DNA of 64,000 bases from Rebecca billardiae RCC1528 (taxonomy: Eukaryota; Protista; Haptophyta): positions 1,054,001-1,118,000 of the forward strand of contig OZ251227.1 in the NCBI GenBank assembly GCA_965240325.2, written 5' to 3'. Below, piece after piece: positions 21,427 through 33,233 of this stretch. The first letter of the stretch is position 1; each line of letters starts with the position of its first letter. The notes beneath the pieces were generated by a model. The model was not told the origin of the DNA, did no database searches, and saw only the letters and a program-made list of their open reading frames with translations. A program made the translations under genes and the position numbers.

Positions 21427-23052
21427 TCAGTGGAGAGTGGCAGCCCAGCCGCCGCTGAGCCGATTCAGATGCCCGGCCGTGCCCGGTGCCACTGGCGCAG
21501 CATCGTTGGCAGCGCAGTCTCGAAACGTCAATGCCGCATTCCGACCCTGAGCCATTTGTGTGGCGCCCCTGAAGGAGGTAGCATCAGCCGAGGAGACGAG
21601 GGACGCCTCGGAGGCCGCGCGCTTGAGCTGCCTCCCGCGCGCCTCGATGGCGATGTGCTCGGGGCTTGGATGCGTCGTGCTCCTGGCGAGCCCGAACGCC
21701 ACCCGTACAATGTCCCAGCGCGCGTGGGCGGGTGTCCTGGGCTTGTGCGGCTCGCTCGAGTACTGGACCTGCAGCGTGTGCCTGCGGCCGGGAAGGCCGT
21801 CGGTCGGCCTCATTAGGCCTGGGGTGCAAGCCAGCCTGTGCGCAACCCGCTGCATTGGCGAGGCGAACGTGACGCGAGCGCTCTCGGTGTAGAACTCGTG
21901 GTGCGCGCGCAGCATCTGCAGCCACGTGTTGGCCGCGCGCAGGTCTCCGCTGCGCACCGGCCGCAGCAGGATTGGCTCGACGATCCCGCTCGACGCGCCG
22001 CCGTGCGTGGCGCGCGGCCGCGGGGTCAGGCAGATGGTGAAGCCGTCCTCGCGCATGCGCGGCTCCTCGAAGTCGGTGAGACTGAGTGGCCCCGCCGAGC
22101 ACGATGGGCAGGGCAGGTTGAGCGTCATGTCTTCGTTCGATGCGTACCAGATGAGCATGCCCTCGCGCAGCTCAAAGTAGCGCCGCGCAAAGCGCTGCAT
22201 CCGGAGGATTCCGGCCTTGCCGCCCGCCTTCTCGAGCCAGCCCACCTTGGCCTTGGGCGGGCTGCGCCCCTCGGGCATGGGCATGCCGCCCAGCCCCGCC
22301 GCCGCGGGCTTCGTGGGCCCGGCCGCGCCGGCGGGTGGGCAGGCGGCGGAGAAAGGGCCCGAGCCCTCGTTCCCGCTCCCGGACGAGGGGCTGCGGAAGA
22401 GACGGTGGTCCTGCCGCATGCCGGTGTGCGACTTGTGCACGTGGCTCGCGAGGCGGCGGTACCTCGCCGGCGCGCGCTGCAGCGGCTGCTGCTCCTTGTA
22501 CCCAGCACCCTTGGGCGCGAACTTGGTGCTCACGTCGCGCATCTCGTAGACGAGGTGCGAGAACGTCATCAGGAAAATGACCGTCACGATGATCGAGGTG
22601 AGACCGATGCCGCGGTAAGCCCAGGTGAGCAGCGTGGCAGCGAGGACGAGGAAGCCGAGCGATGCGCTGAACGCGTAGAAGACGAGACTCGACTTCTGCT
22701 CCAGCAGCGCGGCGGCAATCTCGACGGAGCCGAAGGGGCCTTCGAGCGCGAGGTTGCGCGCCTTGAGAGTCGAGTACTGAGCGACGCAGATCACCCACAG
22801 AGAGAGCGCCATCGAGGCCGTGGAGAGCATGACGAACATCTCGGGCAGCAGCGAGTGCACGTCAATCTGCGGCGTGGACACCTCCCCCATGGACTCGGCA
22901 CCGAGCCCGGTGAACGCGAAACCAGCGACGAGCGTCGCCTGCGTCATCAGTGTCCGCAAGCGCTCGATGTGGAAATCGAGCTCGGCGGTGGCTGCCGCAA
23001 CCTTGCCCTTGGCGAGCTCCCACTCGAGCGTGTTCTTGTCCGCTTGGAGCAT
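21427..23052 (-). CDS. Four-TM (Orai/PGG-like) membrane protein fused to a PH domain
   Basis: TQATLVAGFAF helix, ALEGPFGSV loop and 4 hydrophobic helices; PH signature KVGWLEKAGG..RRYFELREGMLIWY..ANTWLQML. Confidence 0.75.
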   Translation of the reverse strand: MLQADKNTLEWELAKGKVAAATAELDFHIERLRTLMTQATLVAGFAFTGLGAESMGEVSTPQIDVHSLLPEMFVMLSTASMALSLWVICVAQYSTLKARNLALEGPFGSVEIAAALLEQKSSLVFYAFSASLGFLVLAATLLTWAYRGIGLTSIIVTVIFLMTFSHLVYEMRDVSTKFAPKGAGYKEQQPLQRAPARYRRLASHVHKSHTGMRQDHRLFRSPSSGSGNEGSGPFSAACPPAGAAGPTKPAAAGLGGMPMPEGRSPPKAKVGWLEKAGGKAGILRMQRFARRYFELREGMLIWYASNEDMTLNLPCPSCSAGPLSLTDFEEPRMREDGFTICLTPRPRATHGGASSGIVEPILLRPVRSGDLRAANTWLQMLRAHHEFYTESARVTFASPMQRVAHRLACTPGLMRPTDGLPGRRHTLQVQYSSEPHKPRTPAHARWDIVRVAFGLARSTTHPSPEHIAIEARGRQLKRAASEASLVSSADATSFRGATQMAQGRNAALTFRDCAANDAAPVAPGTAGHLNRLSGGWAATLH

Positions 23053-23238
23053 GCGGCTTCGAGGGCAGCTCGCGCAGCACACGCGAGCAGCTTTGCGCCG
23101 CGCCGGGCCCGAGCGCCTGCCGTTTGTCGCAGGGCCGGTCGCTGCACCTTGCACGGTGCCGCCCGCCAAGCGGAAGGGTGTCTGCACCCTTCCGCTTGGC
23201 CCACCCGAGTACCAAGGCGCCCAGCGCCATCGTTCGCG

Positions 23239-23952
23239 ATGGCGTTCGCGCTCGCTGCGCTGATCGCGATCAACCCGTCCGGCGCGGTGTTGACCGGCGT
23301 ATCGGCGACGCGTATTCCATTTGCGACTCGAGCCTTCTCCTCACGGGGGTCAGTCCGCGCATCAGCCTCGGCATCCGCCGGCGCGACTGTCGCGCAGGGG
23401 CAGTCTGTGTATGTGTACGAGACGCTTACGGTGCGTACTGGTCCTGGCGAGGGTGTGCTGACTCCGGCGCAGGAGGTGTCGTTGCATGACATCACGCCGC
23501 AGATTGATGCGCTTGTGAGGACGCACGGCATTGTCGCAGGCACCGCCAATCTCATCTCGCGCCACACGACGACGGCCCTGACCATTAACGAGTATGAGAC
23601 CCGCCTGCTCGATGACGTGAGAGACTTCCTCTTCCGCGCGGCGCCGCCTGATGGGACATACAAGCACAATGATTTGCACCTGCGGCCAGCATCAGATGAC
23701 GACTACGCGCGTATCGATCGCAATTGGATCTCCCAGGGCAAGGGCACGCTGGAGGAGTTCATGGCTCAGGAGCCCATCAACGCGCACTCACACCTGTGTG
23801 CGATGCTCATGGGCGCGTCTGAGACGGTCCCGATCGCCGACGGGCAGCTGTGTATCGGCCAGTGGCAAAGTATCATCCTCGTCGAGTGTGACGGCCCACG
23901 TGAGCGCACGGTGGGTGTGCAACTCGTTGGCATCACTGCCAGCAAGAACTAA
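23239..23952 (+). CDS. yjbQ: YjbQ/UPF0047 family protein with bipartite (plastid-type) targeting leader
   Basis: SRHTTTALTINE, YKHND, NAHSHL, IGQWQSIILVECDGPRERTV. Confidence 0.9.
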   Translation: MAFALAALIAINPSGAVLTGVSATRIPFATRAFSSRGSVRASASASAGATVAQGQSVYVYETLTVRTGPGEGVLTPAQEVSLHDITPQIDALVRTHGIVAGTANLISRHTTTALTINEYETRLLDDVRDFLFRAAPPDGTYKHNDLHLRPASDDDYARIDRNWISQGKGTLEEFMAQEPINAHSHLCAMLMGASETVPIADGQLCIGQWQSIILVECDGPRERTVGVQLVGITASKN

Positions 23953-24874
23953 TCTGAAATCTGATCATCGGCATCAGCTCGGTGTGGCCCGCCGCTGGCT
24001 CACGAATCTTCCGCGGGCCGCGCGCGAGTGCCCACCGCTTGCCAATTCATCACCCAGCTTAGTTACTCGTAGTCAGCACCACCATCATCGATCAACATCA
24101 GGACTACTGTGACGACTGTTGAAACCCCCGCGTAGTACTTCAAGTCGCGCGCGTTTTTAATATATATATTAAATAATTAAAAATAATGGCGCACGGCCCC
24201 CCCGAAAGGTCTGAGCGTGAGCGAAAGCCGGGGGGGGGGCGGCGCACGTGCTCCGCAAAATCAAAAAGAGGATGCGCGCAGGATTTTGGGTTTTTTTCGG
24301 TAGGTGGCCTAGCGTATGAGCATGGATATCGCTGCCAATGATTGCGTTTGTACTGCCCCTTAATTTTAACGATAGTAACACTTAGGGGAATGCAGGGCGG
24401 AATAGCACAAAAGACCAGCCGTGTGTTCGAACATTCCGTCATAGTAAGATGCCTGAATTGTAAGAGCCTGAAACAGCTCGCCAACCATAGAAAAGAGAAG
24501 TTGGGTCGGCTTTTATGTCGCTTGAATTAAAGTATTATGCCGGCATATGAAGTCATGAACCGTCAGCTTCTCAGTGGCGGGTTTAAGCCCCTTGATTACC
24601 CTTGATTCATACACGCGAGATGTCATTGCGCGGGTAGCCCGAACCGGCGTTCCCGCCACGCTGATATTGAGTGATATACTCTTGGTCACTCTAGCTTACT
24701 CGGATGCGCGACGTCAATGCGGGCGGCAATCAATTCTTGTATTTGCACAGGTACGATCCCTTTCAACCCCTATAGGGTGCTGGTATATTCGATTATTCTT
24801 TGAAGCGAAACGCCATTTTTTGAGCTGCCGCACTAAAGGCGCACTTAGGGACAAGCGTGGTCGAAAAATACCCA

Positions 24875-26568
24875 GGTGCTTGCGCGGGCCGCGGCTGCGC
24901 GCGCAGACCGCGGAGGCGCGTCGTCACGTCGGGCTCCAGCGAGGACGGCGGCGCGAGCCGCTCGTTCGCGGCGCACGAGCACGAGGCGGTGCTTGAGGGC
25001 GGCGAGCGCGTGCGCTACTCCGCGCTGCTCTCCACGGTGTGTCTCCACCGCGCCGCTCGACACGCTTCTTGACTCTGTCCTTTTTGGCGCAGATCGACTC
25101 GGGCGCTGACGCTGGCGGTGACGCTGGCGGTGACGCTGGCGGCTACCGTTACGGGTGCGCGACGCGGCTCGCGCAGCTGGGCGTGCCCGCGCTGCAGCTC
25201 GGCGGGCTCTCGGCGGCGGACGCGGAGGCGGTGGTGCGAGGCCGGCTCGGCGCGGCGGGGCGCACGCTCGACGCGCGGCAGGCCGAGGCGGTGCGCTCGG
25301 CACTCGGAGAGGCGCCGAGCGCGCTGCACGCCGTGCTGCTCGCCGACGCGGCGGCGGAGTGGCGCTCGGGCGAGCCGCCGCCCGCGCACCTGCCCGCCGA
25401 CGCGCGCGCCGCCGTCGCCGCCACCTTCGAGCGCGTCGAGCGGCTGCACGGCGCGATGCTCGTGCGGCGCGCGTGCGGCGCCATCTGCGCGTCGCGCCGC
25501 GGCCTCTCGAGTGCCGAGCTGGAGGAGGCTCGCTCTCTCTGCACGAGGACGTGCTGGCGTCCGTGTTCGAGTTCTGGGTGCCGGCGGTGGTGCGGCTGCC
25601 CGTGTGGCTCGCCGTGCGCGACGCGCTCGGCTCGCTGCTCGCCGCCGGCGGCGACGGCCCTTTGTTTGCGCTGGTACCACCGCCTCATCAGGTGGCCGAG
25701 GCGGCGGCGGCACGGTACGCCCGCGCGGCCGACGCGCACGCGCTCGCAGATTTCTGGGCTGGCACGTGGGCGGGCGAGGCCGCCAAACCGCTGCGCCACC
25801 CGAAGGCCACCGGCGGCGAGGACGGGCGGCGGCGCGTCGCGCCGCAGCCCCTGCTCCTCTCCGCCGCGCGCCTCGGCCTTCGCCGGCCGCGACGCCGCCG
25901 TGCTCAATGTGCGCCGGTGCGAGGAGCTAGTGCAAGCGCTGCTCGCGGCCGGGCGCGCGGCCGACGCGGCGCGCGAGCTCACCGACGCGGGCGCGGACGG
26001 GTGGGAGGCGCGCGCGCGGCACGGCCTCGAGACCGAGTACGTGCGCGACCTCGCGGACACGGCCGCGGCGCTCGCCGACGCCGACGCGCGCGGCGGCGGC
26101 GGCGGCGAGCCGGGCGCGGCCGCGCGCGCGGAGGCTGCGGCGCTGCGCGCGCGCGTCGCGGACTGGCTGCAGCTCGCGCGGCTGAGCGCCTCCGCCGCCG
26201 CCACGGCGCCGGGCCGCTGCCTCGCGCTGTGCCTCGAGCAGCCGGTTGGCTCGGCGCCGCACGAGTCCGCGACCGCGTGGGCGCGGCGCGCGCCGCGCGC
26301 CGCGCACCCGGCCGCCCGCGCCAGCTGGGCGCGCGGGCGCGAGCACTGCGCGCGAGCGCCCCTGCTCGCCGCGCGCGGGCCGTGCGAGGCTGTGCTGCTA
26401 GCGCACGCCGGCTGGGTGGAGGCGGTCGCACTCTCGGCCGACGGGCGCGTCGCGGCGAGCGCGGGCGACGACAGCGACGCGGTCGTGCGGCTGTGGGCGT
26501 GGGACACCGCCGAGTCAGAGTGCGTGCGCGCGCTCGAGGGGCACGCCGGCTGCGTGAAGACTGAATGA
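24875..26568 (+). pseudogene. Frameshifted, truncated NACHT/WD40 (NWD1/NWD2/TEP1-like) gene fragment
   Basis: FERVERLHGAMLVRRACGAICASRRGLSSAELEE / LSLHEDVLASVFEFWVP / WYHRL / VAEAAAARY alternate between frames; one WD repeat (HAGWVEAVALSADGR..VRLW..LEGH) then a stop. Confidence 0.75.
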
Positions 26569-26785
26569 AGAGCCGCGACACGGCGCAGCCCCCCGAGGCC
26601 GTCGATCGCGTCGATTACTCGCGCCCGCGCCTCCTGCACGGCGACGCGCCCGGGGCGCGCGCATCGTGATTCGGCGGTGAAGAATGCGTGCACGACAACT
26701 ATACTAGACTCACAACTACCAGGGCCGTGCGCCCTCAACTTCGTTGTTTACTACCCGAAGATCGGCGTAGCCGATCATAATATAT

Positions 26786-28754
26786 GATTGAACTTTTCTG
26801 AGGATAGCGCACCAGCAATTTCCCTTGACCGCCATCCGGGCCGAAGTGGCGCAAAATGGCGGTTGCCCCGTTTGGGCGCCCTTCCGCGCCTTCGAGCGGC
26901 TCGTGCGCGTCGGGAAGTGCGCCGAAGCGTATCCGGAGCATGCTCCATCGACGCGTCGCACTGTTGGGCCCTCGCATGCGAGCCCATGCCGACGTCTGAG
27001 TGCGCCTCGCTGCGCACGGTACAGCTTGACGGTACACGGCACGATTGGGGCCGCGAGCAGCCTCGTGCGCGCGACCGAGCCAGAGGTGGTCGTCGAGAGT
27101 AGCACGAGCGGCGGCACACGAGCGGGGCTGGTCGTTGCCGAATATCTGACGCACCAATCGACCTCGCCCAGCGCCATCTGCTCGTTTGTGCACGTGTTGG
27201 AAAGGATGAGCAGCTGCGTGCAAACGCCGAGCGCGCAGATGAGGCGTGGGCGAGCGAAGGGGCGGCGAGGGCCGGCGCGTGCGCGCGCGTAAATTCGAGC
27301 CTCCCCATACGCATCGAAACACACCGCGCTCGCTCGTCGAGCTGCGCACGGGTATCGGTGCGCGCGCGCCAACGCGGCGCGCCGTGAACGCGCCCGGCGA
27401 ATGCACACCTGCTCGCGCGCGCACGCGCACGTGATGGACCGAGGAGGTCGCGCGAGCATGCGCGATGTGTCTGGATGGAGCGTGTAGGAGGTGTAGGCTG
27501 CGCTCCGCACGCGCTCCGCCACCGTGCACCGCACTGCCCCTCGTCCACGCGATCGCCGCCGAGCCCAGATTCAAACGCGCGCGAGCCCGCGAGCGCATCT
27601 CCAAGCAGCGCTTGCAGCTATCGTGTCGAAGGCTTGGCGAGAGGCAGATGTGCATGGCAAGTAGCGCAATGAGGGTGCCCATCACGCACACACACCCGCG
27701 CACGCTCGCCGCACCACCTCGTCGTGCCCACGTTCAGCGCGCGGGGCGCACTTTGCGCCTCGAGCAGCTGCCGAGCGGCTCCCGCGCGCGGCGCGCGCGG
27801 CGAGTAGAACTCAGCCAATGGTCCGAGGGCGAGCCGGCCGAGCGTCGTGCGTGACGCACATGGACCTGGTGCAACGCCGCGTACCACTCGCAGCCACCAT
27901 CGCGCCCGTACCAGCGAGCTGTGGCCGCCGCCGACACCCCAAAGCAGCCCAGCCGTCAGCGCGCGACAGCCGACGAGCGCGCGACGCGCGCGTGCACCAC
28001 CGTGATGAGCACGGATGAGCGCGCGCGCCCGTGTCATAGCTCAGGTGGGGTCCCCCGATCGCACGCACCACCGCGCTGCCACGCCTTCGACCATCTTGTG
28101 TCACCACGCGGGCACACGCCGGGCAGGCGGCGGGGGCAGCCCGCTCGGCAAACGGTCAGCGCGCAGCGAGGATGGAGTCCGGCGAGGGGCGACCGGAGTG
28201 TCCGGCGCGACGGAGGTGGTCCACGCCGTGGTCGCCGACGCGATCCTCACCACCTCCGAGGCCGTGGTGGCCGCCCGGGAGAAGGAATGCTCCCAGTCGC
28301 ACCCTTTGCAGTGCTCCTTTGCGCGTGCACGCAACGGCGAGGAGCGGAAGCGTTAGAGGGCACTTTTTGTGCAGTTCAGGCGTTCTTTCCCCAAAATGTA
28401 GAATGCGCGGAGAAGTGCCCTCTAACGATTTTCGTGTGCAGCCGTGCCGCGCGCGCGAGGAAGGCCACATGCGGCTCCTTGCACATCTGCTGCAGATCGG
28501 CTCGTGCTCGGCGAGCGCGGCGAGGAGGAAGGTGCGCGCTCGCGATCTGGCGCACCTGGGAGACCTCGCGGCCTCCGAGCAGAAAGAGCGCGTCGAGCGC
28601 AACGCCGCAGGTCGCACGGTCGCGATCTCGCGAGAGCGGTGGTGCGAGGGCGGGCCTCGCCATCGCGCGTTTCTGCGTCCAAACGCGGCCTCCGTAAAAT
28701 CCGGATGGCGGTCAAGGGATTTTGCTGGTGCGCTATCCTCAGAAAAGTTTACAC
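26786..28754. mobile_element. Non-autonomous TIR DNA transposon inserted in a (TA)n tract
   Basis: ~50-bp TIR AACTTTTCTGAGGATAGCGCACCAGCAAwTTCCCTTGACCGCCATCCGG at 26791 and inverted at 28701-28749; TATA flanks on both sides; exact termini uncertain by a few bp. Confidence 0.85.
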
Positions 28755-29251
28755 ATATATATATATATATATATGGCGACTATGAGGGGGGGGACGACGG
28801 CGAGGAGCGCTGATCCTGGTGTTTGTCTCTGCTGCTCGATCTGCTGCTACAGCTTGCTGACTCTGACGCCTGCCCGTTGCATACCACGTCGTTAATATAT
28901 ATGTGTACGTGTGTGTGATTTAGTTGATTTACGGGATTAATATAATAAGAGACCGCCGACTAGTTGATACTGATTCCGGCGCCTTGGCAGGCTAAGTGCC
29001 AGCATCGTCGTGATCCAGACGTTATATCGTCAACCGGGCAGTGTTTATTGGCACAGCGTGTTACCACGTTGTTCAAAGGCATCATCAGCATCATCAAGCA
29101 GTCGTAGGCTCATCGTCATGCCATCACAACAGATATTTACAGATATGACAGATGCTGTCAAAAATAGTGTCATCGGATGCCGGGATTCTGAGGGCTAGGC
29201 AGCAGACGGGCATGAGACACATGCGCCAATGCTGCGGCTGAGCTAGAGGCC

Positions 29252-30760
29252 TCATGACTGGCAACCAGGAGCAGCCTCGTTGCACGCACTGCAGCAGGTC
29301 GCACGGGGCACACGTGCAAAGCGGAAGGGGGAAGGGCTAGGAGAAGCCGGCTGGGGTCCCGGCACTGAGTCCGACGCCGTCGAGCCGTCGGACTCAGTCT
29401 CAGGCTCGCCTTGCAGTCTTCGCTGGCACCTGAAGATCTCTCCATCCACAGTCGTACAGAGTGCGAACCCGAAGGCACCAGATGCGGAGACCACACGCCG
29501 ATCGAGCAGCTCGTTCACTCTCCGTGGGAGTGCGTCTGCCTGCGCGAGCTGGGTCGCGTCGTCGAGCCCAGGTGTACCCCCCCAGCCCCAAAAGAAGAGC
29601 CCACCAGCATCGTCGACAGCGAGCGTGCAGTCGCCACCTGCGCTCGCCGTGTGCACCCGCACGCCTTCGGCGACCAGCGCATCCACGCGCTCCGGCAGGC
29701 GCCGGTCACGTCCATCCCCGTGGCCGAGCGCACCGAGCGCGCCGCATCCGGCCGTGAAGCACTCACCCGCTGCGGTCAGGAGGAGCGTGTGCGTGTCACC
29801 AGCGGAGACGTGGAGCACTGACGAGCCGAAGCGCGTGGCATCGAGCTGCTCGGGAATCCTGTGGGCAGTCTCTGCCGAGCCCAGCCCCAGCTGGCCGTAC
29901 GTGTTGCATCCCCACGACCAAACTAGGCCTGCCGCGCTGAGGGCGAACGAGGAGGCATCCCCGGCGCAGACGGCGACGATGCCGTATTCGGCGAGCGCGT
30001 CGACACTTGCCGGCACGGCCCTGTCGTCGGTGTCGCCATGGCCGAGCTGGCCCAGAAACCCCCAGCCCCAGGAGAACACCTGCCCGTTGCGCGAGAGGCA
30101 TAGGCTGTGGTGCCCGCCTGCGGAGATGCACACGACGTGGACGCTCGCCAATCCGCGCAGGATGGTGGGCGTCGCACGATCCGCATCGTCACCGTGCCCA
30201 AGCGGGCCACTCCGTTCGACGTCCGCAGCGTATTTCGCCAACCCGAACGAAAGAACGGTGCCGTCCGTGCATCGCACGAGCGTGTGAGCTTCGCCACATG
30301 ACACCTCGGCTACTTGGAGCTGGTCAGCGGGGAGCAGCACGCGCGTCGGCTGGGCCGCAGACTGGATTTCAGTGCCCAGGCCAAGCAGGCCCTGACCTCG
30401 GAATGGCTGCTCGTGGCCCCAGGTGAAAAGCGCGCGGCCCGCGTCGACAAAGGCGCAGATGTACATACCAGCGTCAGCAACGCGCCTCTGGCCGAAGCGC
30501 TCGCGCCGCTCGTGCCAGAAGAGTTCGCGGAGCGCTGAGAGCAGAGGCGCGACACCGGTGCGCGGGGCGTGGGGCTCACGCGCTGCCGGGGCTCGACTTA
30601 GAAGCGCGTCGTGCGCGTGTATCTGCATAGCCCGGGACACGCGGGACGCGCGAGCGAGATCTTCCGGCACCAGCGCAGCGAGCACGCGGGAAACCAGCTC
30701 AGGAGGGAGAACCTCGAGCATGTTTCTCGGCATCACGATCACTGCCTCGGCGGACGCCAT
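29252..30760 (-). CDS. F-box plus RCC1-repeat protein
   Basis: LEVLPPELVSRVLAALVPEDLARASRVSR (F-box); repeated ISAGGHHSL..VFSWGWGFLGQLGHG RCC1 units. Confidence 0.9.
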   Translation of the reverse strand: MASAEAVIVMPRNMLEVLPPELVSRVLAALVPEDLARASRVSRAMQIHAHDALLSRAPAAREPHAPRTGVAPLLSALRELFWHERRERFGQRRVADAGMYICAFVDAGRALFTWGHEQPFRGQGLLGLGTEIQSAAQPTRVLLPADQLQVAEVSCGEAHTLVRCTDGTVLSFGLAKYAADVERSGPLGHGDDADRATPTILRGLASVHVVCISAGGHHSLCLSRNGQVFSWGWGFLGQLGHGDTDDRAVPASVDALAEYGIVAVCAGDASSFALSAAGLVWSWGCNTYGQLGLGSAETAHRIPEQLDATRFGSSVLHVSAGDTHTLLLTAAGECFTAGCGALGALGHGDGRDRRLPERVDALVAEGVRVHTASAGGDCTLAVDDAGGLFFWGWGGTPGLDDATQLAQADALPRRVNELLDRRVVSASGAFGFALCTTVDGEIFRCQRRLQGEPETESDGSTASDSVPGPQPASPSPSPFRFARVPRATCCSACNEAAPGCQS

Positions 30761-30854
30761 GCTGCCCGCTGTGTGTAAGCCCAGGCTCGCAGCCTCGCGC
30801 GAAAGCCGCGCGCGAATCGGGCAATCGGCGCACTGCCTTTCACGTATCTCGAAC

Positions 30855-31760
30855 ATGCGCCCGGCTGCGCCGGCAGTGTTCGCGCTCGCGGCGGTCCTCG
30901 GCGCGCCGCACTGCGCAGCGTTCGTTGCGCCGCGGCTGCCGAACGCAGCTCTCGCCTCTTCTCGCAAACTGCCGCGCGCACACGTGCGTGCTCGGCTTGG
31001 CTGGCCACGGGCAGCGCCAAAGGTGGCCGCAGAGCCCGTGGAGCCGCAGCCCAAGCCCCTCGCCAGTCGCAACGCGGTGTACGGTAAGCTGTGGGTGCTG
31101 CTGGTCATATTCGCGTTCGGGCTGGCGCCAGGCAGCTTTGGTGACCCCGCGGATACCGAGCTCCTGCAGAAGTTCATCGCCAACCCGACGTCTCCGTCTG
31201 CCGCCGGGGTCAACGAGCTCTACTACTTCATCTTCAACCTGTTCGCCGTGGTGCCTCCAGCTCTCGGCGCCCTGATCCTCCCGGGCTCGCGTGGGCAGCG
31301 GGTTCCCTCCTGGCCGTTCGCCGCGGCGTCGCTCGGCCTGGGCTACTTTGCCATTGGCCCGCTCATGACGCTGCGCACCCCGCGACAGGCGGTCGGCGTG
31401 GAGGGCGACTTTCCTGCGCGCGGGATCGTCGAGTCCAAGCCGTTCGCGTTGGGCTTGCTGCTCTTCACCCTCGTGCTACCCTTCTCGTCGGAGCTACTCG
31501 CCGTCGACAACTGGCCAGCCGTGCTCACCGGCTTCAAGGAGCTCTTCGACTCGTCGCGCTTTGTGTGCGTCTCTTGCCTTGACCTCTTCCTGCTCAACTT
31601 TGTGGCCGCATCGCTCGTCGCCGAGGACGCAGAGCGGCGCGGCGTTTCCGACGCCGACGCCCGCAAGTATGAGCTTGCCGCCTACCTTCTTCCCGTCATC
31701 GGCTCCGTCGGCTGGATCGCGCTGCGGCCGGCGCTGATGAGCAGCGCGGACGACTCGTAG
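30855..31760 (+). CDS. Plastid-targeted multi-TM protein, cyanobacterial/plant DUF2834-like
   Basis: Signal peptide ending AAF plus transit-like region; VPSWPFAAASLGLGYFAIGP and SRFVCVSCLDLFLL..EDAERR motifs. Confidence 0.65.
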   Translation: MRPAAPAVFALAAVLGAPHCAAFVAPRLPNAALASSRKLPRAHVRARLGWPRAAPKVAAEPVEPQPKPLASRNAVYGKLWVLLVIFAFGLAPGSFGDPADTELLQKFIANPTSPSAAGVNELYYFIFNLFAVVPPALGALILPGSRGQRVPSWPFAAASLGLGYFAIGPLMTLRTPRQAVGVEGDFPARGIVESKPFALGLLLFTLVLPFSSELLAVDNWPAVLTGFKELFDSSRFVCVSCLDLFLLNFVAASLVAEDAERRGVSDADARKYELAAYLLPVIGSVGWIALRPALMSSADDS

Positions 31761-32292
31761 TCCGGTATGATTAATTAATCGGAATAAATGTTGTGCGAGA
31801 CGACGACGACCAGCAGGCAAAAAGATGATGATGTGCTCTGGCTATGCTGCGCTGTCGCATCGGCTCCCAGTCGGAGAGTTCGGACGACGACGTTTTTGTG
31901 ATTGTGGACGACGGTCGGGCGAGGCTGACGGGCGCTGCGGCGGCCTGGCAGCGCGCCGGCGAGGCCGCGGCCCGCGCAGCCTGTCTGCCTGAGCCCTCAG
32001 TCCACTAGTTAACAGTGACTGACTTCCTGCTTCCAGGCCTCGCAGGCGGACGGCTGAACGAATCTTCCGACGGCGCTATTGTACCATCGGCGACGGCTTC
32101 AATGCTTCATGGGCGGTGGTCAACAGTTGGCGGGCGTCGATCTCGCCTGCCTAAGTCACTCACACACGGCTCAGGCCCTGAGCTGTGTGCGTCTCTTACT
32201 ACCGTATTTTACGTTAGTAAATTGTAATCAGCATAGTTAACGCTCATGCCGCGCAGCAGCCAGCAGAATTGACCAACGGTCCACACGTCACC

Positions 32293-32841
32293 ATGGCGGC
32301 GGCGGCGGAGTCGGTGCCTTTCGCTGCTGCTTGCGACGGCGGGCGTGACGACCCAGACCCCGCGAACGGTAGCGGGCTCGTGCTCGCAGCAAGCGCTTCA
32401 TCCTACTGCGTCGCCAACGACATGAGCTCTGTGCCTGCATGGGCACTTGACACGATATGCGCCCGGGCACGACACGACGGCGCGCTCACGGACGAGTCGT
32501 TGAAACAGCTCAACATCCTGTTTGACCGCTCGCTGGTGTCCGCGCTCGACCTGGTCGATCACGCGACGATCACGCGCATTGCACTTGCGTCCTCGCCCAG
32601 CCGCGTATTCTGGAAGGTGCAGAGCACATCGAGCAACGTGTACCACTGCTTCTCGCGCTACTGCAGCTGCCAGTCGTTTGGGTACAAGGTGATCAGCCAG
32701 GGCGAGCACTTGCTGTGCAAGCATCAGCTCGCGGTGCGCCTCGCGGAGGCTCTCGGTGTGCAACGCGAGCAGACCCTCGCTGACGACGTATGGGGCGTCG
32801 AGCTGCTGCGGGGATGCGGGGAGGTGTGGCGGCCCGCGTGA
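32293..32841 (+). CDS. ZSWIM7: SWIM zinc-finger protein ZSWIM7/SWS1 (Shu complex)
   Basis: ALDLVD, YHCFSRYCSCQSFGYKV..LLCKHQLAVRLAEAL (CxC..CxH). Confidence 0.85.
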   Translation: MAAAAESVPFAAACDGGRDDPDPANGSGLVLAASASSYCVANDMSSVPAWALDTICARARHDGALTDESLKQLNILFDRSLVSALDLVDHATITRIALASSPSRVFWKVQSTSSNVYHCFSRYCSCQSFGYKVISQGEHLLCKHQLAVRLAEALGVQREQTLADDVWGVELLRGCGEVWRPA

Positions 32842-33233
32842 GCCGTCCCCACTCGCCGCGACCGCTGCACATGCCCGCAGTCGCAGAGGGGCGCATCATT
32901 CTGATCGAACACCGGACCGCTCGTGGCCACTGTGCGCCAACGGCTCAGGCCTTGTGACGGCTCAGTGTTGCACACGCATCAACGATGACCGCCCTCAGCA
33001 GCTGGCGGGCATTGCGGCCCGGCGGCCCACCCTGACCCAGGACTGGCCCGTTGCTGCTGCTTATGAACTCAGTACAGTCGTCACACTCTCGATCAGCCTA
33101 CTGTACAGTTCTTCCGGTAAAGTAACATACGGTTGCCGACGATGAGCCGGTGCGGTCGTCAGATTCCGTCGTCGTACCCGGCTGTGCCCAGCTCTCCATC
33201 CAGACACCTGGAACCGGCGGACGGGCAAGCAGG

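Noticed and set aside
24197-24240. Hammerhead ribozyme (CTGA...GAAA)
   Set aside because: The core is CTGAGCG rather than CTGANGA, and stems I and III could not be built.
26640-26710. Canonical Helitron 3' end (GC hairpin plus CTAG) closing the NWD fragment
   Set aside because: The hairpin is ~45 bp from CTAG, there is no following T, and there is no second copy to confirm it.
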